Position numbers and translations under genes: made by a program. Shown one piece after another: positions 35,089 to 45,215 of a stretch of 64,000 nt of DNA. Numbering within the stretch: the first letter of the stretch is position 1; each line of letters opens with the position of its first letter. The notes beneath the pieces were generated by a model, which was given only the letters and a program-made list of their open reading frames with translations, was not told where the DNA came from and searched no databases. The DNA lies in the IMG/VR virus record IMGVR_UViG_3300032315_001715, positions 186,001-250,000 of that record. One strand, written 5' to 3'.

Positions 35089-37767
35089 ATGCCAACTGGC
35101 CCAAGATCATCAGCACCTCTAACGCCACCTGAACAGGTTCGGGCAGCAAGTGCGATCCCACCAGTATCACCAACTCAGGTTGATCGTGGATCGGTGACTG
35201 CGGCTGCCCAAGCGGCATTTTCCCCGATATTTCCTGGATCTGGTAACGCGATTACGTTTTCCGATGCACAGGGTGCATTGCAGAATCTAGTTTCCGGTGA
35301 TGCATATCAAGGTGCGGCACAGATAGGACAGATATCCCAAAATTTTAGATCTCAGGTCACGTCGACTCCAGGTCGACAAGTTGAAGCATATCCAAATGTG
35401 TTGCATCAATTTGCTAACTATACCTATCATGTCAGATGGAGCTTAACTGATGATTTAGTCGGATCAAGCATTGCTTCGGCTCTTGAGTTTCAATCTACCA
35501 AAAAGGTTGTCATAGCTGAAAGCGGTGTAACCGCCGGATTTAACATCACTGATTTTGAAATAGAAAACATCTGTGCTCCAACGCAGCGGGTGCAATCTAT
35601 GCTGCATACTAAATTTAAGATGACGCTGAAGGAACCGTACGGTCTCAGCCTGATTGATCGAATCTATTCCCTGTCTAGAAGAATGGGGGTTAGGAATCAT
35701 CTAACTAACTCGACCTTTATCGAGATATGGTTTACCGGATATGATGAGGCCGGAAATATCACTACGCCTGACATGAAAGTTGGATTGTATAAGCTTTTCA
35801 GGATTAACGTAACCAAGTTAGAGTCTGACACAACTAGCAGCGGTACCGAGTACAACATCGAGGGCATGTTAGACGGCATGTATGCAAATTCTGATCACGT
35901 TGCTATGTTACCTAGTGGTGTTAATATCGGAAACTTAAATCCGCCAACGATTGGTGAATTTTTCCGTCGATTACAACAGGTCATGAATGATCAGCAATTG
36001 AACCTGGAAAACGACAATGTGCGCCGAATTGAATATGAATTCGTTTTACCAAACGACATGGGCGACTGGCGATTTTCCACCGTACCGACCACTGATCAAC
36101 GAAACAGCAGCATTAGTTTGACCGATCCGGCAAATTTCGCCAATCCAACATTTAGCCTATCCAGAGGCATGGATATCAGTACCGTGTTATATTTCGTCAT
36201 CAGCATGACCGAACGCGGGCGACAGTTTGTAGCCGGTGAAGATCGTCAACCCGGGCAACCTAGCCAAGCACGTCCGGGACAAAGCCAAGCAAGCATACGA
36301 GCAAATGGTATGGCAAACATGTTTGCTATACATGCTAGATCTCAGATCGTTGGTTTTGATTATCTAACGGATGATTATGTTCGAAAGGTTACCTACACGG
36401 TTACCGAATATCCCACAACTAGGGCTATCGTTGATCAACAAAATGCTGTTGCCACACAGCAGCCGGCGCAGCAACAGGATCGACAAAACACACTGGTTAG
36501 ATCCAAGAGATATAACAAGGTCTACGACTACATCTTTACCGGGACAAATCTTGATGTAATCAAGCTTGATATCAAGCTTGAATGGTTTTGGCAAGCATCA
36601 GTTCCGACACAACTTGGCCAAAACGTTTACAGCAACTATACCATTGGGCCTCAGGTCGATCCGACCAGCATTGCATTTGCATCGGCTAATCAATATCGTC
36701 GAGCTAGGGCAGAGGTACAGACAGCTCGGCAAAATCTCAGTGCCCTGCAGAATGCTCGAAATGCCCAGCAAAATCAGCCACAGATTGAATCGGCACAGCA
36801 AACCCTTCAGGAAGCCGAGCGCTTATTATCTCAATATGGCAACGACGCTAGGAGATTCCAGGAACGCTGGGAAAATCGCAGCCCTGGAGAACAGATGTTG
36901 CAGGGCTTGCAGGTACAGGTTGGTAACGATGACATCAGAGGTGCAGCAGTACAAAATTTTGCCACCAGAGCTGCGTGGGATCTATCCACACGAAATCGTC
37001 AGAATCTCTATCTTGAGGACGCTAGGGTGGCAAATTTTTATTCAACACCTCTACCGGTGAGCCTGCGACCGGTATCAGCTCCGATCGGTCAGATCGCTAC
37101 CATGGCTGGTGCGGCTCAATCAGAGCAAGCTTCGGCACGGGCTAATCTAGAAAGCCTTCCTAGGAATCGAAGTTTGGTAGCAGCGGTATTGAACGACGTC
37201 ATGTCAACGCCTTATTTTGTTGAAGTTAACATTGAAATACGTGGTGATCCATACTGGATTGGGTTGGGGAACATTGAGGAAAATTCAGCTATCGCAACAG
37301 CAGCGCGGCAGTCTGAGCTACAATACTCACCACAAGCGGCATTTTTCTACGGAGGCGAAACTGGGTTCTTTTTGAATTTTAGGACCGGAGAAGCTCCGAA
37401 TGAGGAAACCGGTTACGTTGAATTTAATACCAGCAGCATTGCATTTAACGGTATCTACAGCGCGATAGAAATACGCAGCATTTTCAAAGATGGCAAGTTC
37501 ACACAGGCTATCAAGGCGATCAAGGATCCATTGTTGCAGTCTAGTTCCGTGCAAGGAAACCCTGCCGTTAATCCCGCGCCGGCGACCAGTATTGCTGCGC
37601 AACAAGCTGCCGGTGCAGCAGGCGCAGCTCCGGCAGCGACAGCTTCTCCAACACCAGCTGCTGCCCCTAGCGTTAGTGTGGTTCCGCCTGCGGTAAACAC
37701 CAACCCCTACAGCCAAGAAAATAATCCCCTTACATCACCGTCTGGGATGAATTTTGGCCTATTTTAA
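35089..37767 (+). CDS. Baseplate hub protein (gp27-like)
   Basis: NVLH.FANYTYH, IAESGVT, Y.YIFTG.N.DV, IEIRGDPYW, G.Y....I.S.FKDGKFTQ; lies between gp53 and gp5. Confidence 0.7.
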   Translation: MPTGPRSSAPLTPPEQVRAASAIPPVSPTQVDRGSVTAAAQAAFSPIFPGSGNAITFSDAQGALQNLVSGDAYQGAAQIGQISQNFRSQVTSTPGRQVEAYPNVLHQFANYTYHVRWSLTDDLVGSSIASALEFQSTKKVVIAESGVTAGFNITDFEIENICAPTQRVQSMLHTKFKMTLKEPYGLSLIDRIYSLSRRMGVRNHLTNSTFIEIWFTGYDEAGNITTPDMKVGLYKLFRINVTKLESDTTSSGTEYNIEGMLDGMYANSDHVAMLPSGVNIGNLNPPTIGEFFRRLQQVMNDQQLNLENDNVRRIEYEFVLPNDMGDWRFSTVPTTDQRNSSISLTDPANFANPTFSLSRGMDISTVLYFVISMTERGRQFVAGEDRQPGQPSQARPGQSQASIRANGMANMFAIHARSQIVGFDYLTDDYVRKVTYTVTEYPTTRAIVDQQNAVATQQPAQQQDRQNTLVRSKRYNKVYDYIFTGTNLDVIKLDIKLEWFWQASVPTQLGQNVYSNYTIGPQVDPTSIAFASANQYRRARAEVQTARQNLSALQNARNAQQNQPQIESAQQTLQEAERLLSQYGNDARRFQERWENRSPGEQMLQGLQVQVGNDDIRGAAVQNFATRAAWDLSTRNRQNLYLEDARVANFYSTPLPVSLRPVSAPIGQIATMAGAAQSEQASARANLESLPRNRSLVAAVLNDVMSTPYFVEVNIEIRGDPYWIGLGNIEENSAIATAARQSELQYSPQAAFFYGGETGFFLNFRTGEAPNEETGYVEFNTSSIAFNGIYSAIEIRSIFKDGKFTQAIKAIKDPLLQSSSVQGNPAVNPAPATSIAAQQAAGAAGAAPAATASPTPAAAPSVSVVPPAVNTNPYSQENNPLTSPSGMNFGLF

Positions 37768-37779
37768 CCAAGGAATATC

Positions 37780-40700
37780 ATGGTAACCCTAACAAGACAC
37801 ATCAATGCTCCGCGCAGCTATGATCTTGAGCTTCCTGGCCGAGGAACCTTGCAGGACAAATTTTATGTTGGATTTATCAAGGTAGCTGATGATGTTCTAC
37901 GCATGGGCCGACTGAAGGTCTGGATACCAGAACTCAACGGTGACCCAAATGACGAAAATGGTTGGTTCATCGTTAGCTACTGTTCACCGTTTGCTGGTGC
38001 GACTAGCATTTATGACAATAAAAACGAAAACACCTTTGCAGGCACGCAAAAAAGCTACGGCATGTGGTTCATACCGCCAGATGTGAACAACGAGGTAGTT
38101 TGCGCATTCATCAATGGGGATCCGGCTAGAGGAATATGGCTAGGGTGTTTATACCAGCAAAACATGAACCACATGGTGCCTGGATTGCCCGGGCAAGACA
38201 GCACTGCTAGCACTCCAGTTGCCGAATACAACAAGAAAGTTGTTAACACCAATTTAAATAATCCGGTAAGACCGGAATATTCTCCATTGGCCGAGGGTCT
38301 CTTAAGGCAGGGATTAAACGTTGATACCATAAGAGGAGTCAGTGACAGTGGTGCCCGCAGGGCCGAACCGGCTAATTCGATTTACGGTATATTAACACCG
38401 GGCGGTAGCCAAATGGTGTTCGATGACAGTCCTACCAATAACTACATCAGATTTAGAACGCAAAGCGGCGCTCAAATCATGATTAACGACACGTCTGGAT
38501 TTATCTATCTAAACAGCGTTGATGGTAAGAACTGGATCAGCATGGATGCAACTGGCAAGGTTGACATCTATGCACAGGATGATATCACCTTGAGGAGCCA
38601 GGGCAGCATTAACATACGGGGCGACCTAGATGTTAACATTGAAGCTGGTCGTGACATTAACATGCGTGCTCGCGGAAAACCGACAACTGCGGGAGTATCG
38701 TCTACGGCTGGTGTCCCGCCACCGTCGCTGCCAGCAACTGGTAACATTGTTGTGGTCGGAGACAGCATTGCACAGGGAGTTGGCTCCAGAATAGAAGGCG
38801 CGGTAGTATCAGCCGTGGTAGGCGAATCGTCAACGGAGATTGCCGTACGGGTTAGGGAAAACACCAGCATTCAAAATTCCGTGAATGCCATACTCAGCGT
38901 TGGTAGCAATGACGGGCCACAGGGAAATCAATCAACATTAACGTCTAACCTCGATTCAATTCGAACTTCTCTAGCATCTAATAATTATATTTGGCTGCTA
39001 CCATACGACGATGTGTTGAAAGCAACGGTTAAAACATTTGCTGACAGCAAGGGGGATAAGACCCTTAATCTCAGCCGATACCCGTCGTCGGATAATCTGC
39101 ATCCCAGGGATTACGCGCTGGTGGCCAATGATGCGCGGGCCTTGTGCATACCGTCGCCGGATGCGGTAGTTAACGGTGTAACTGGTGCAAGCGCCGGAGG
39201 TGTTGGCCAAACGCCATATGGACCATATAATACGGGTACCTTTAGGTCGCTGGAGGATGCTGAAGCTAAAGCAGCCCAGTATAGATCTGCGGTTGAGTTT
39301 GGGCGGGCCAATCCAAGCCTTTATACCCCGGCAGAGATGCGGGCAATGTTGTATTTGGAATCAGCTGCTAATACAGAAGTGCAGAGATTGCGCGGTCAAA
39401 ACGCAACAACCCCTGCGACCATACAATCGCAACAAACTGGACCAACTGGCCCGGTTGCTCCTGGTGCGGCTGCTTCACCCACAAGTGCAACCGGAGCTAG
39501 TGAAAATCTCAACTACATCTCCATTGCATCGCAGTTTATCAAACAGGAAGAAGGTCGAGGCCAACCGTCGCTGCGAGCGTATCGCGATCCGCCTCGCCAG
39601 TCGATAAACTATGCAATTGCCTTCGGCCATAACATGGGCATGAACGAGCTGTCGTCTAGAAGCAGGCAACGGGCATATATCGATGCCGGTTTTGCCGGAC
39701 AGGTACCGATCGTTGGCACCTATGGAGAAAATACCACATGTAATGCTGAACAGGCAGAGGGCATATTCCAGGTTGATCTACGTAAGTACGAACAAACTGC
39801 ACAAAATGTTTTACGAGGTACCTACGATCAGCTCGGTCCGTATCAAAAAGCATCAATGATCAGCTTTTGTTACAACGCAGGAGGTGGTGGTCTAGGAAGA
39901 TTACGTGATGCAGGATTAAGCAATTTCGTCAATCAACGGGACATAGAAAGCGCCGCAGCACTGATTGAACAAACCATAACCAGGGCATCGGACGGAACCG
40001 ATCTAACAAGGCGACGCCGAAACGAAGCTAACTTGTTCCGCAACCGCCCTGAGTTGGCGGGCATAGGTGCTGGCGGCAGGGAGGTCGACGGATATACGCG
40101 CGGTGTTAACGATACCACCCGTGCATCAGCCCAGGACCAACCGCTGAGCTCACCTGACACTACCGTTGTTGGCGGGTACATTAAGATGCAAAGCCGAAAC
40201 AGCATGCACCTTTTGTCTGAGCAGCACATGTTCATAACTTCGGCCAAGGACATGCATCGGTTGGCAGGAAATAATCTGTTTGATTCAGCCGGACAGAACA
40301 TCAACAGGGCTGCTGGCGGCTTTGTTCACGAATCGGCAAGAGGCGCGTGGACTGTCGGTGCTGCCGGTCAGATCAACATCAACGGGCCTAGGATAGATCT
40401 CAATGGCGCTCCACCGCCACCTGCTACCGCTGCTGCGCTGGCAGAAGGACCTGCCAGCCGTCCGCAGTCTGACATAGTTCTCAATTCCCTTGGCAATGCG
40501 GTGGTGGTGCTAACCGATACGATACTACCCCACTTGCCACATCACGAGCCCTATGAAAATCACGGCGGACGTAACTTCCAGAATCTACGTGATTCCACGC
40601 AAATCAATAACAACACTGGTCTTCGAGATGGCGAAATAGCGCTAAACAGCAATGCACCTCTTGACATATATGGTAGCCCGCGCAGTGACATGCCGCCGGC

Positions 40701-41415
40701 GGTCTATCGCGGAGTTGCGTACAATTCTAGGAATCAGCCGCTGTATAGATACGAGGCAACGTTGATCGGACGGGCTAACGTTATGACATCCAACAGCTTG
40801 GTTCTAAGCGATGAAGGTCGACAGTTCATAGTTTCCAGGGAAAACGGTAGCTATCGTCCGATAGAGGTAGGTAACCCACCGAAGCAAGAAATTGGCTATG
40901 GACATACGCTAACACCTGAGGAACTCTCTGCCCAGACTATTAGGATTGGTAGCGACAATGTGCAATTGAATGCACCTCTGACCCAACAACAGATTAACGA
41001 ATTGTTTGATCAGGACATACAAGTCGTTCAACAATGGGTTCGTCCAGAAATTACACAGGGAGTTAGCCAGACACAATACGACATGTTTTGTAGCCTGGCA
41101 TTCAACATCGGCGAAAACAATTTTAAACGCTCAGATGCGCTGAAAAATTTCAATGAAAACAACCTCTCAAAGGTACCAAATACATGGATGCAGCATACTG
41201 TTAACGCCGTTGGTCAGGTACTGCCCGGCTTGGTGTTGAGACGCCGGGCTGAGATCATAAACTTTATATCTGGACCAGCAACGGATTTCCGCGGCGGAGA
41301 GAGCCAGTCAGATCTCATTGGCAGCTACACAGACGGACTTCGACAGGTAACTGGTCCAACCGGAGTTACCATCATGTCAACTGCACCGTTGGCAGTTACT
41401 GGCCCGACCGGTTAA
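37780..41415 (+). CDS. gp5: Baseplate central spike (gp5-like) with SGNH hydrolase and two GH24 lysozyme-like domains
   Basis: OB-fold (GRLKVWIP, MWFIPPDVNNEV.CAFINGD); GDS..GSND..DNLHP; EEG...AYRDP...FGH...YNAG...RRRNE; RE...IGYGH...FNIG...LVLRRRAE. Confidence 0.85.
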   Translation: MVTLTRHINAPRSYDLELPGRGTLQDKFYVGFIKVADDVLRMGRLKVWIPELNGDPNDENGWFIVSYCSPFAGATSIYDNKNENTFAGTQKSYGMWFIPPDVNNEVVCAFINGDPARGIWLGCLYQQNMNHMVPGLPGQDSTASTPVAEYNKKVVNTNLNNPVRPEYSPLAEGLLRQGLNVDTIRGVSDSGARRAEPANSIYGILTPGGSQMVFDDSPTNNYIRFRTQSGAQIMINDTSGFIYLNSVDGKNWISMDATGKVDIYAQDDITLRSQGSINIRGDLDVNIEAGRDINMRARGKPTTAGVSSTAGVPPPSLPATGNIVVVGDSIAQGVGSRIEGAVVSAVVGESSTEIAVRVRENTSIQNSVNAILSVGSNDGPQGNQSTLTSNLDSIRTSLASNNYIWLLPYDDVLKATVKTFADSKGDKTLNLSRYPSSDNLHPRDYALVANDARALCIPSPDAVVNGVTGASAGGVGQTPYGPYNTGTFRSLEDAEAKAAQYRSAVEFGRANPSLYTPAEMRAMLYLESAANTEVQRLRGQNATTPATIQSQQTGPTGPVAPGAAASPTSATGASENLNYISIASQFIKQEEGRGQPSLRAYRDPPRQSINYAIAFGHNMGMNELSSRSRQRAYIDAGFAGQVPIVGTYGENTTCNAEQAEGIFQVDLRKYEQTAQNVLRGTYDQLGPYQKASMISFCYNAGGGGLGRLRDAGLSNFVNQRDIESAAALIEQTITRASDGTDLTRRRRNEANLFRNRPELAGIGAGGREVDGYTRGVNDTTRASAQDQPLSSPDTTVVGGYIKMQSRNSMHLLSEQHMFITSAKDMHRLAGNNLFDSAGQNINRAAGGFVHESARGAWTVGAAGQININGPRIDLNGAPPPPATAAALAEGPASRPQSDIVLNSLGNAVVVLTDTILPHLPHHEPYENHGGRNFQNLRDSTQINNNTGLRDGEIALNSNAPLDIYGSPRSDMPPAVYRGVAYNSRNQPLYRYEATLIGRANVMTSNSLVLSDEGRQFIVSRENGSYRPIEVGNPPKQEIGYGHTLTPEELSAQTIRIGSDNVQLNAPLTQQQINELFDQDIQVVQQWVRPEITQGVSQTQYDMFCSLAFNIGENNFKRSDALKNFNENNLSKVPNTWMQHTVNAVGQVLPGLVLRRRAEIINFISGPATDFRGGESQSDLIGSYTDGLRQVTGPTGVTIMSTAPLAVTGPTG

Positions 41416-43016
41416 GCAGACACCTTTAGATCCAGGGTATTAACCGCCCGCCCGGCATCAAGAACCGCATCGAGAACCTGCCCCTTGCTGATCAACATGT
41501 CGGCCATCTCTTCTTCGACGGTTCCTTCGGCAACAAGGTTGAATACTGTTACGGTGTCGGCAACCTGCCCGATGCGGTGAATGCGATCCGCGCACTGGCT
41601 GATCTCACCTGGTGTCCAGGGGAGCTGGACAAACGCCACCGCCTTGGCCGCAGTAAGCGTGAGACCAAATCCGCCAGCGGTGATACCCACGAGGATCACA
41701 CGGACCGTTGGGTCCTCCTGGAACGCCAGCACAGCATCGGCCCGTGCTTCGTCCTTGATGCCGCCGTAGATGACACCAACCGCGCCCTGGTAGTCCTCTT
41801 CATTTTCAAGCGAATCTCGGATGGTGTCGATCACTAACCGATTATGTGCGAAAACAACGATCTTCTCGCCTTCCTCGGTGTAGTCTCGGATCCACTCGAT
41901 GGTAGAATCCAGCTTGGCATAAGCTGCAATCTCGCGCAACTTTTGGATGGCAACGATAGCATCATCACTCTTGGGCGCATTTCCGCCCATGCGGATGATG
42001 GTCTCCATCCCTGCCTTCCAATTAATACCGTTGAATGCGGATTCGACCTTGTCGTATTCCCTGCGATCAAAATCCAGCGGAATGGTGCGGTACACCTTGG
42101 GCGGCAGATCCTTGAGAACGTCTACCTTGAGGCGGCGCAGCATGATGTGCTGCGCTAGCAATCCATTGAGCTCGTCGATGTTGCTAGCACCATTGAAATC
42201 CCAGCCGTATCCGTTATTCTTTGGATTACAATAGCGGAATCCAAATCGACTCCATTTGCTGAATTCCGGCACCCAGCTACCAATGCTACGCACGGTGGTC
42301 CACAGCTCCTTGGGACGGTTCACCATCGGTGTTCCACTCATCAGCACGACCTTTTGAACGCCTTGACCGATCTTGACGGTTTCGTACCGCCCTGCCTTTT
42401 TTTCATCGATCTCGCCAATGGCAAGGCGTGTATAGGCCTTGGTGCGCTTGGCGTCCGGATTCTTGATCTTGTGGCTTTCATCCACGGCCATGAACCGTAG
42501 ATTCAGCGCTTCAAGCGCATCCACGTTGGCAGCCAGGATATCATAGTTGATGATGTAGATGTCGCAGCCGTTTTCGGGCACCTTGCTGTACACCACGTTG
42601 GGATGCCGTAATGCACGCTTTTCGGTCTGGCGCCGGCTGTAAACTTTACCAATGATGTTGATGCGATATGTCTGGCCGGTCATGGCGATGATCTCATTTC
42701 GCCAGTTGTATTTCAACGTGTTTGGACACACCACCAACATGGGGAACATATGATTCTTGTGGGCGTAAGCCATGACTTGGACGGTCTTACCGGTGCCCTG
42801 TTCGTCCGCAAGCAGCCCAGTGCCAAGCTGGCTTTCTAGCCAGGCAACGCCGTCGGCTTGGAAATCCTTGAGCTCGAACTTAAAACCTGGGATGCATCGC
42901 ACGCGCGGTATGCTGTTCAAGACCTCATGGATTTGCGGATCGACCTTCAAGCCGTGCTTGGTAGCGATCCTCAATACCTTGCGTGTGTTTTCAACGGTAG
43001 CATTAACCGAAAGCAT
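41412..43016 (-). CDS. SNF2-family (SMARCAL1/HARP-like) helicase ATPase
   Basis: LLADEQGTGKT, VDESH, LMSGTPMVNRP.ELW, RRLK.DVL.DLPPK, G.TLTAA, QCADRIHRIGQ. Confidence 0.93.
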   Translation of the reverse strand: MLSVNATVENTRKVLRIATKHGLKVDPQIHEVLNSIPRVRCIPGFKFELKDFQADGVAWLESQLGTGLLADEQGTGKTVQVMAYAHKNHMFPMLVVCPNTLKYNWRNEIIAMTGQTYRINIIGKVYSRRQTEKRALRHPNVVYSKVPENGCDIYIINYDILAANVDALEALNLRFMAVDESHKIKNPDAKRTKAYTRLAIGEIDEKKAGRYETVKIGQGVQKVVLMSGTPMVNRPKELWTTVRSIGSWVPEFSKWSRFGFRYCNPKNNGYGWDFNGASNIDELNGLLAQHIMLRRLKVDVLKDLPPKVYRTIPLDFDRREYDKVESAFNGINWKAGMETIIRMGGNAPKSDDAIVAIQKLREIAAYAKLDSTIEWIRDYTEEGEKIVVFAHNRLVIDTIRDSLENEEDYQGAVGVIYGGIKDEARADAVLAFQEDPTVRVILVGITAGGFGLTLTAAKAVAFVQLPWTPGEISQCADRIHRIGQVADTVTVFNLVAEGTVEEEMADMLISKGQVLDAVLDAGRAVNTLDLKVSA

Positions 43017-43045
43017 ATTGAACTGCTCCCCTTGTTTGAGCCTGT

Positions 43046-43074
43046 AAACTAGCAGATCTTGTGAGTTCGGTCAA
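43046..43074 (-). promoter_or_regulatory. sigma70-type promoter for the SNF2 gene
   Basis: TTGACC-N17-TAGTTT; GGGGAG RBS downstream. Confidence 0.5.
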
Positions 43075-43080
43075 GCGAAT

Positions 43081-43362
43081 TTAGTTGATCACATGCGGAG
43101 AAAATTCGTCCAGGTCTTCATCGTCGTCAACGATCCCGGAGATAAATTCCTCAACATATTCGGGCCATACAGCGTGGCAGTCTGGACAGACCTTGTCCAA
43201 CCAGGTTACGACGGCTTCCTTTGAACGTGCGAAACGAGGAGTTTCACACACTCCGCACCAACGGCGTCCGTCATCGAAGGTTTCTCCGTGCCGAACGCCG
43301 AGTTCGTCGAACATCTGGATCAGCGTGTCTCGGTCGTCGTATGAATTAATCGTTGAGTGCAT
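43081..43362 (-). CDS. Small hypothetical protein with two CxxC motifs
   Basis: CGVC and CPDC; GAGG RBS before ATG 43362. Confidence 0.55.
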   Translation of the reverse strand: MHSTINSYDDRDTLIQMFDELGVRHGETFDDGRRWCGVCETPRFARSKEAVVTWLDKVCPDCHAVWPEYVEEFISGIVDDDEDLDEFSPHVIN

Positions 43363-44056
43363 TTTCAAATTCCTCGAGAATGGCCGCATCGGCGACCGAG
43401 ATCATGATTTTGTCTGATACCACTACCACATGCCTGTTGTCGTTCAACGACAACAGGGTGCGGCTTTCCTGCGTCTTTTCTTGGATTTTTTCCAAGTAGT
43501 CGATGAATCGCTGTTCGACGTCAAATCCAAATCGTTCAGCAACATCCATGATGGGTGCGATGCTGGTCTCATTTACCGGTACTGACCAGCATTTTTTGTC
43601 CGGATGCCATGATGCCCAAAACTTTTTGCCGCCGTGCTCTCCTTTGAGATCAGTTTTAATAGACTGTACCACCTGGGCATCATATCGAAAGATAAACAAC
43701 GCGTCGCTTTGGCTACTGACCAGTTTTCGATCAGCAGTTGCATCCGTTGTTGTGCGTTCAAGCGGATCGATTGGTTTTTGGCAAAAGATCGGAGATTGCA
43801 GCCAGTTGTCCATGAAATCTTGCCCGCCTAGCTGGCGCTGATATTTTCGAAGCAACTTCAATGCTGCTGTGGCCTGCTTAACGCTCCATGCGCGATTGTT
43901 GGATGCTTGCTGGGCCAATGAGTGCCCAAACGCTGAGTCCAGTCTGGAAAATCCAGAACCGTCCAAGGTGCTAGCGTGATTACACACCCCAGCAAGTTGT
44001 TGTATCATGCGTTCGGCCGTGTTTGGCGAATTGGCGTCCGTGGTCCATGATGTCAT
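43346..44056 (-). CDS. Stand-alone HARP-like/N-terminal domain of the kind normally fused to phage SNF2 helicases
   Basis: LAGVC..A..LDG.GF...D..FG.SLA and FRYD...V..IK...W....K.W.VP. GAGGA RBS before ATG 44056. Confidence 0.6.
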   Translation of the reverse strand: MTSWTTDANSPNTAERMIQQLAGVCNHASTLDGSGFSRLDSAFGHSLAQQASNNRAWSVKQATAALKLLRKYQRQLGGQDFMDNWLQSPIFCQKPIDPLERTTTDATADRKLVSSQSDALFIFRYDAQVVQSIKTDLKGEHGGKKFWASWHPDKKCWSVPVNETSIAPIMDVAERFGFDVEQRFIDYLEKIQEKTQESRTLLSLNDNRHVVVVSDKIMISVADAAILEEFENALND

Positions 44057-44082
44057 AGTATGGTCCTCGTTGGTCATGACAG

Positions 44083-44110
44083 ATACTAACACGTTGCATT
44101 GTGCTGTCAA
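44083..44110 (-). promoter_or_regulatory. sigma70-type promoter
   Basis: TTGACA-N16-TAGTAT with an extended -10 TG. Confidence 0.55.
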
Positions 44111-44137
44111 CCGATCATTTCGAGGACTTGATCGTAG

Positions 44138-44632
44138 TTAGAACACTTCCTTTAGCCACGGTTTTGAATGGTGACCGCGATCAACGGCCCATTGGTACAC
44201 CAAGCCTTTTTCCCTACCATGGGCTTCGATTTCCCATGGTAGATCCCAATAGTCTAGCTCATCGTCTGGTATCTTGCTGCCATGCCATTTTGGTTTTCCG
44301 GTTTTTCCGCAGAATGACAGCTCTTTTTTAGCATGCTGTTTGACATGGACCATCTCATGTGCAAGGATCATGAGGCTTCGTAGGATGGCAAATCTATTGG
44401 TTATCTTGATGATGAAATTTCTTGGACGATCCCAATCATCGTCCTCGTTGATATCAGTAAGGCCGTACTGTCTATCCTGATCAAACATCTTTGGACCAAC
44501 GATGTGTATGATCACTGACATGTTTCTCTGCATCTGACGGCTGATCAGCTTGTGTCCGCACCATTCGGTGAAATCAATCATCAATTGGCGCTTTTCATCA
44601 GAAAAATACCGACCCTTGATGGTTATTTTCAT
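44138..44632 (-). CDS. HExxH zinc-metallopeptidase-like protein
   Basis: LAHEMVHVKQ and Y...PWE.EA. Confidence 0.75.
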   Translation of the reverse strand: MKITIKGRYFSDEKRQLMIDFTEWCGHKLISRQMQRNMSVIIHIVGPKMFDQDRQYGLTDINEDDDWDRPRNFIIKITNRFAILRSLMILAHEMVHVKQHAKKELSFCGKTGKPKWHGSKIPDDELDYWDLPWEIEAHGREKGLVYQWAVDRGHHSKPWLKEVF

Positions 44633-44661
44633 TTCATTTCCGTTACCAGTTCACGGGATAT

Positions 44662-44871
44662 TTATTTGAGCAGATTTATCCCAACTGGAGTGACGAGCAG
44701 TTTCTTTGAAACAAGAAGGTCCAGCACGGCTCGCGCCTGACCTCGGCAAAAATTCCGTTGGACTTCGCTGGTTCTTTTCCAGTGTTCTGGTGTGCAAGTC
44801 CCGTATTGCGTGTAGCTATCGCAATAAATGGTCTTGGCAACTTCCTCAATCAATTCAGAACTGATCATCAA
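44662..44871 (-). CDS. Small hypothetical protein
   Basis: 69 aa, translationally coupled to the ACP gene. Confidence 0.6.
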   Translation of the reverse strand: MMISSELIEEVAKTIYCDSYTQYGTCTPEHWKRTSEVQRNFCRGQARAVLDLLVSKKLLVTPVGINLLK

Positions 44872-45113
44872 TCGATACCGTATTTGTCTCGGATTGAATC
44901 TATTAGATGCCCGACGGTGTCGGACAATCTTATATTGTCGTCGTCGTCGTCGACTGTGATTCCAAGCTTTTCTTCGAGATGCATGGTGAGCTCAATTACA
45001 TCTAAGCTATCCATTGCTAGATCATCGGATAGTAGATGGTTGAGTTGTACTTCGGTGCTGATCAGTTTTGATTCGTTTAAATATCCGAGAACGGCTTCTT
45101 CTACGGTCGGCAT
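44868..45113 (-). CDS. acpP: Acyl carrier protein
   Basis: DDLAMDSLDVIELTMHLEEKLGI (phosphopantetheine-accepting DSL Ser), acidic, 81 aa, GGAG RBS. Confidence 0.85.
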   Translation of the reverse strand: MPTVEEAVLGYLNESKLISTEVQLNHLLSDDLAMDSLDVIELTMHLEEKLGITVDDDDDNIRLSDTVGHLIDSIRDKYGID

Positions 45114-45199
45114 GTGACATCTCCATGTTTGTGCTGTCTTGCAATTTTTATCTATCTTTCGTCGATAGTCAAGATGTCAAAAACGGTCATTCTAGCTAG

Positions 45200-45207
45200 G
45201 ATAAATA
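45200..45207 (+). promoter_or_regulatory. Late promoter for the gp25-gp6-wedge operon
   Basis: GATAAATA, 8 nt before ATG 45216. Confidence 0.65.
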
Positions 45208-45215
45208 TCAATGAC

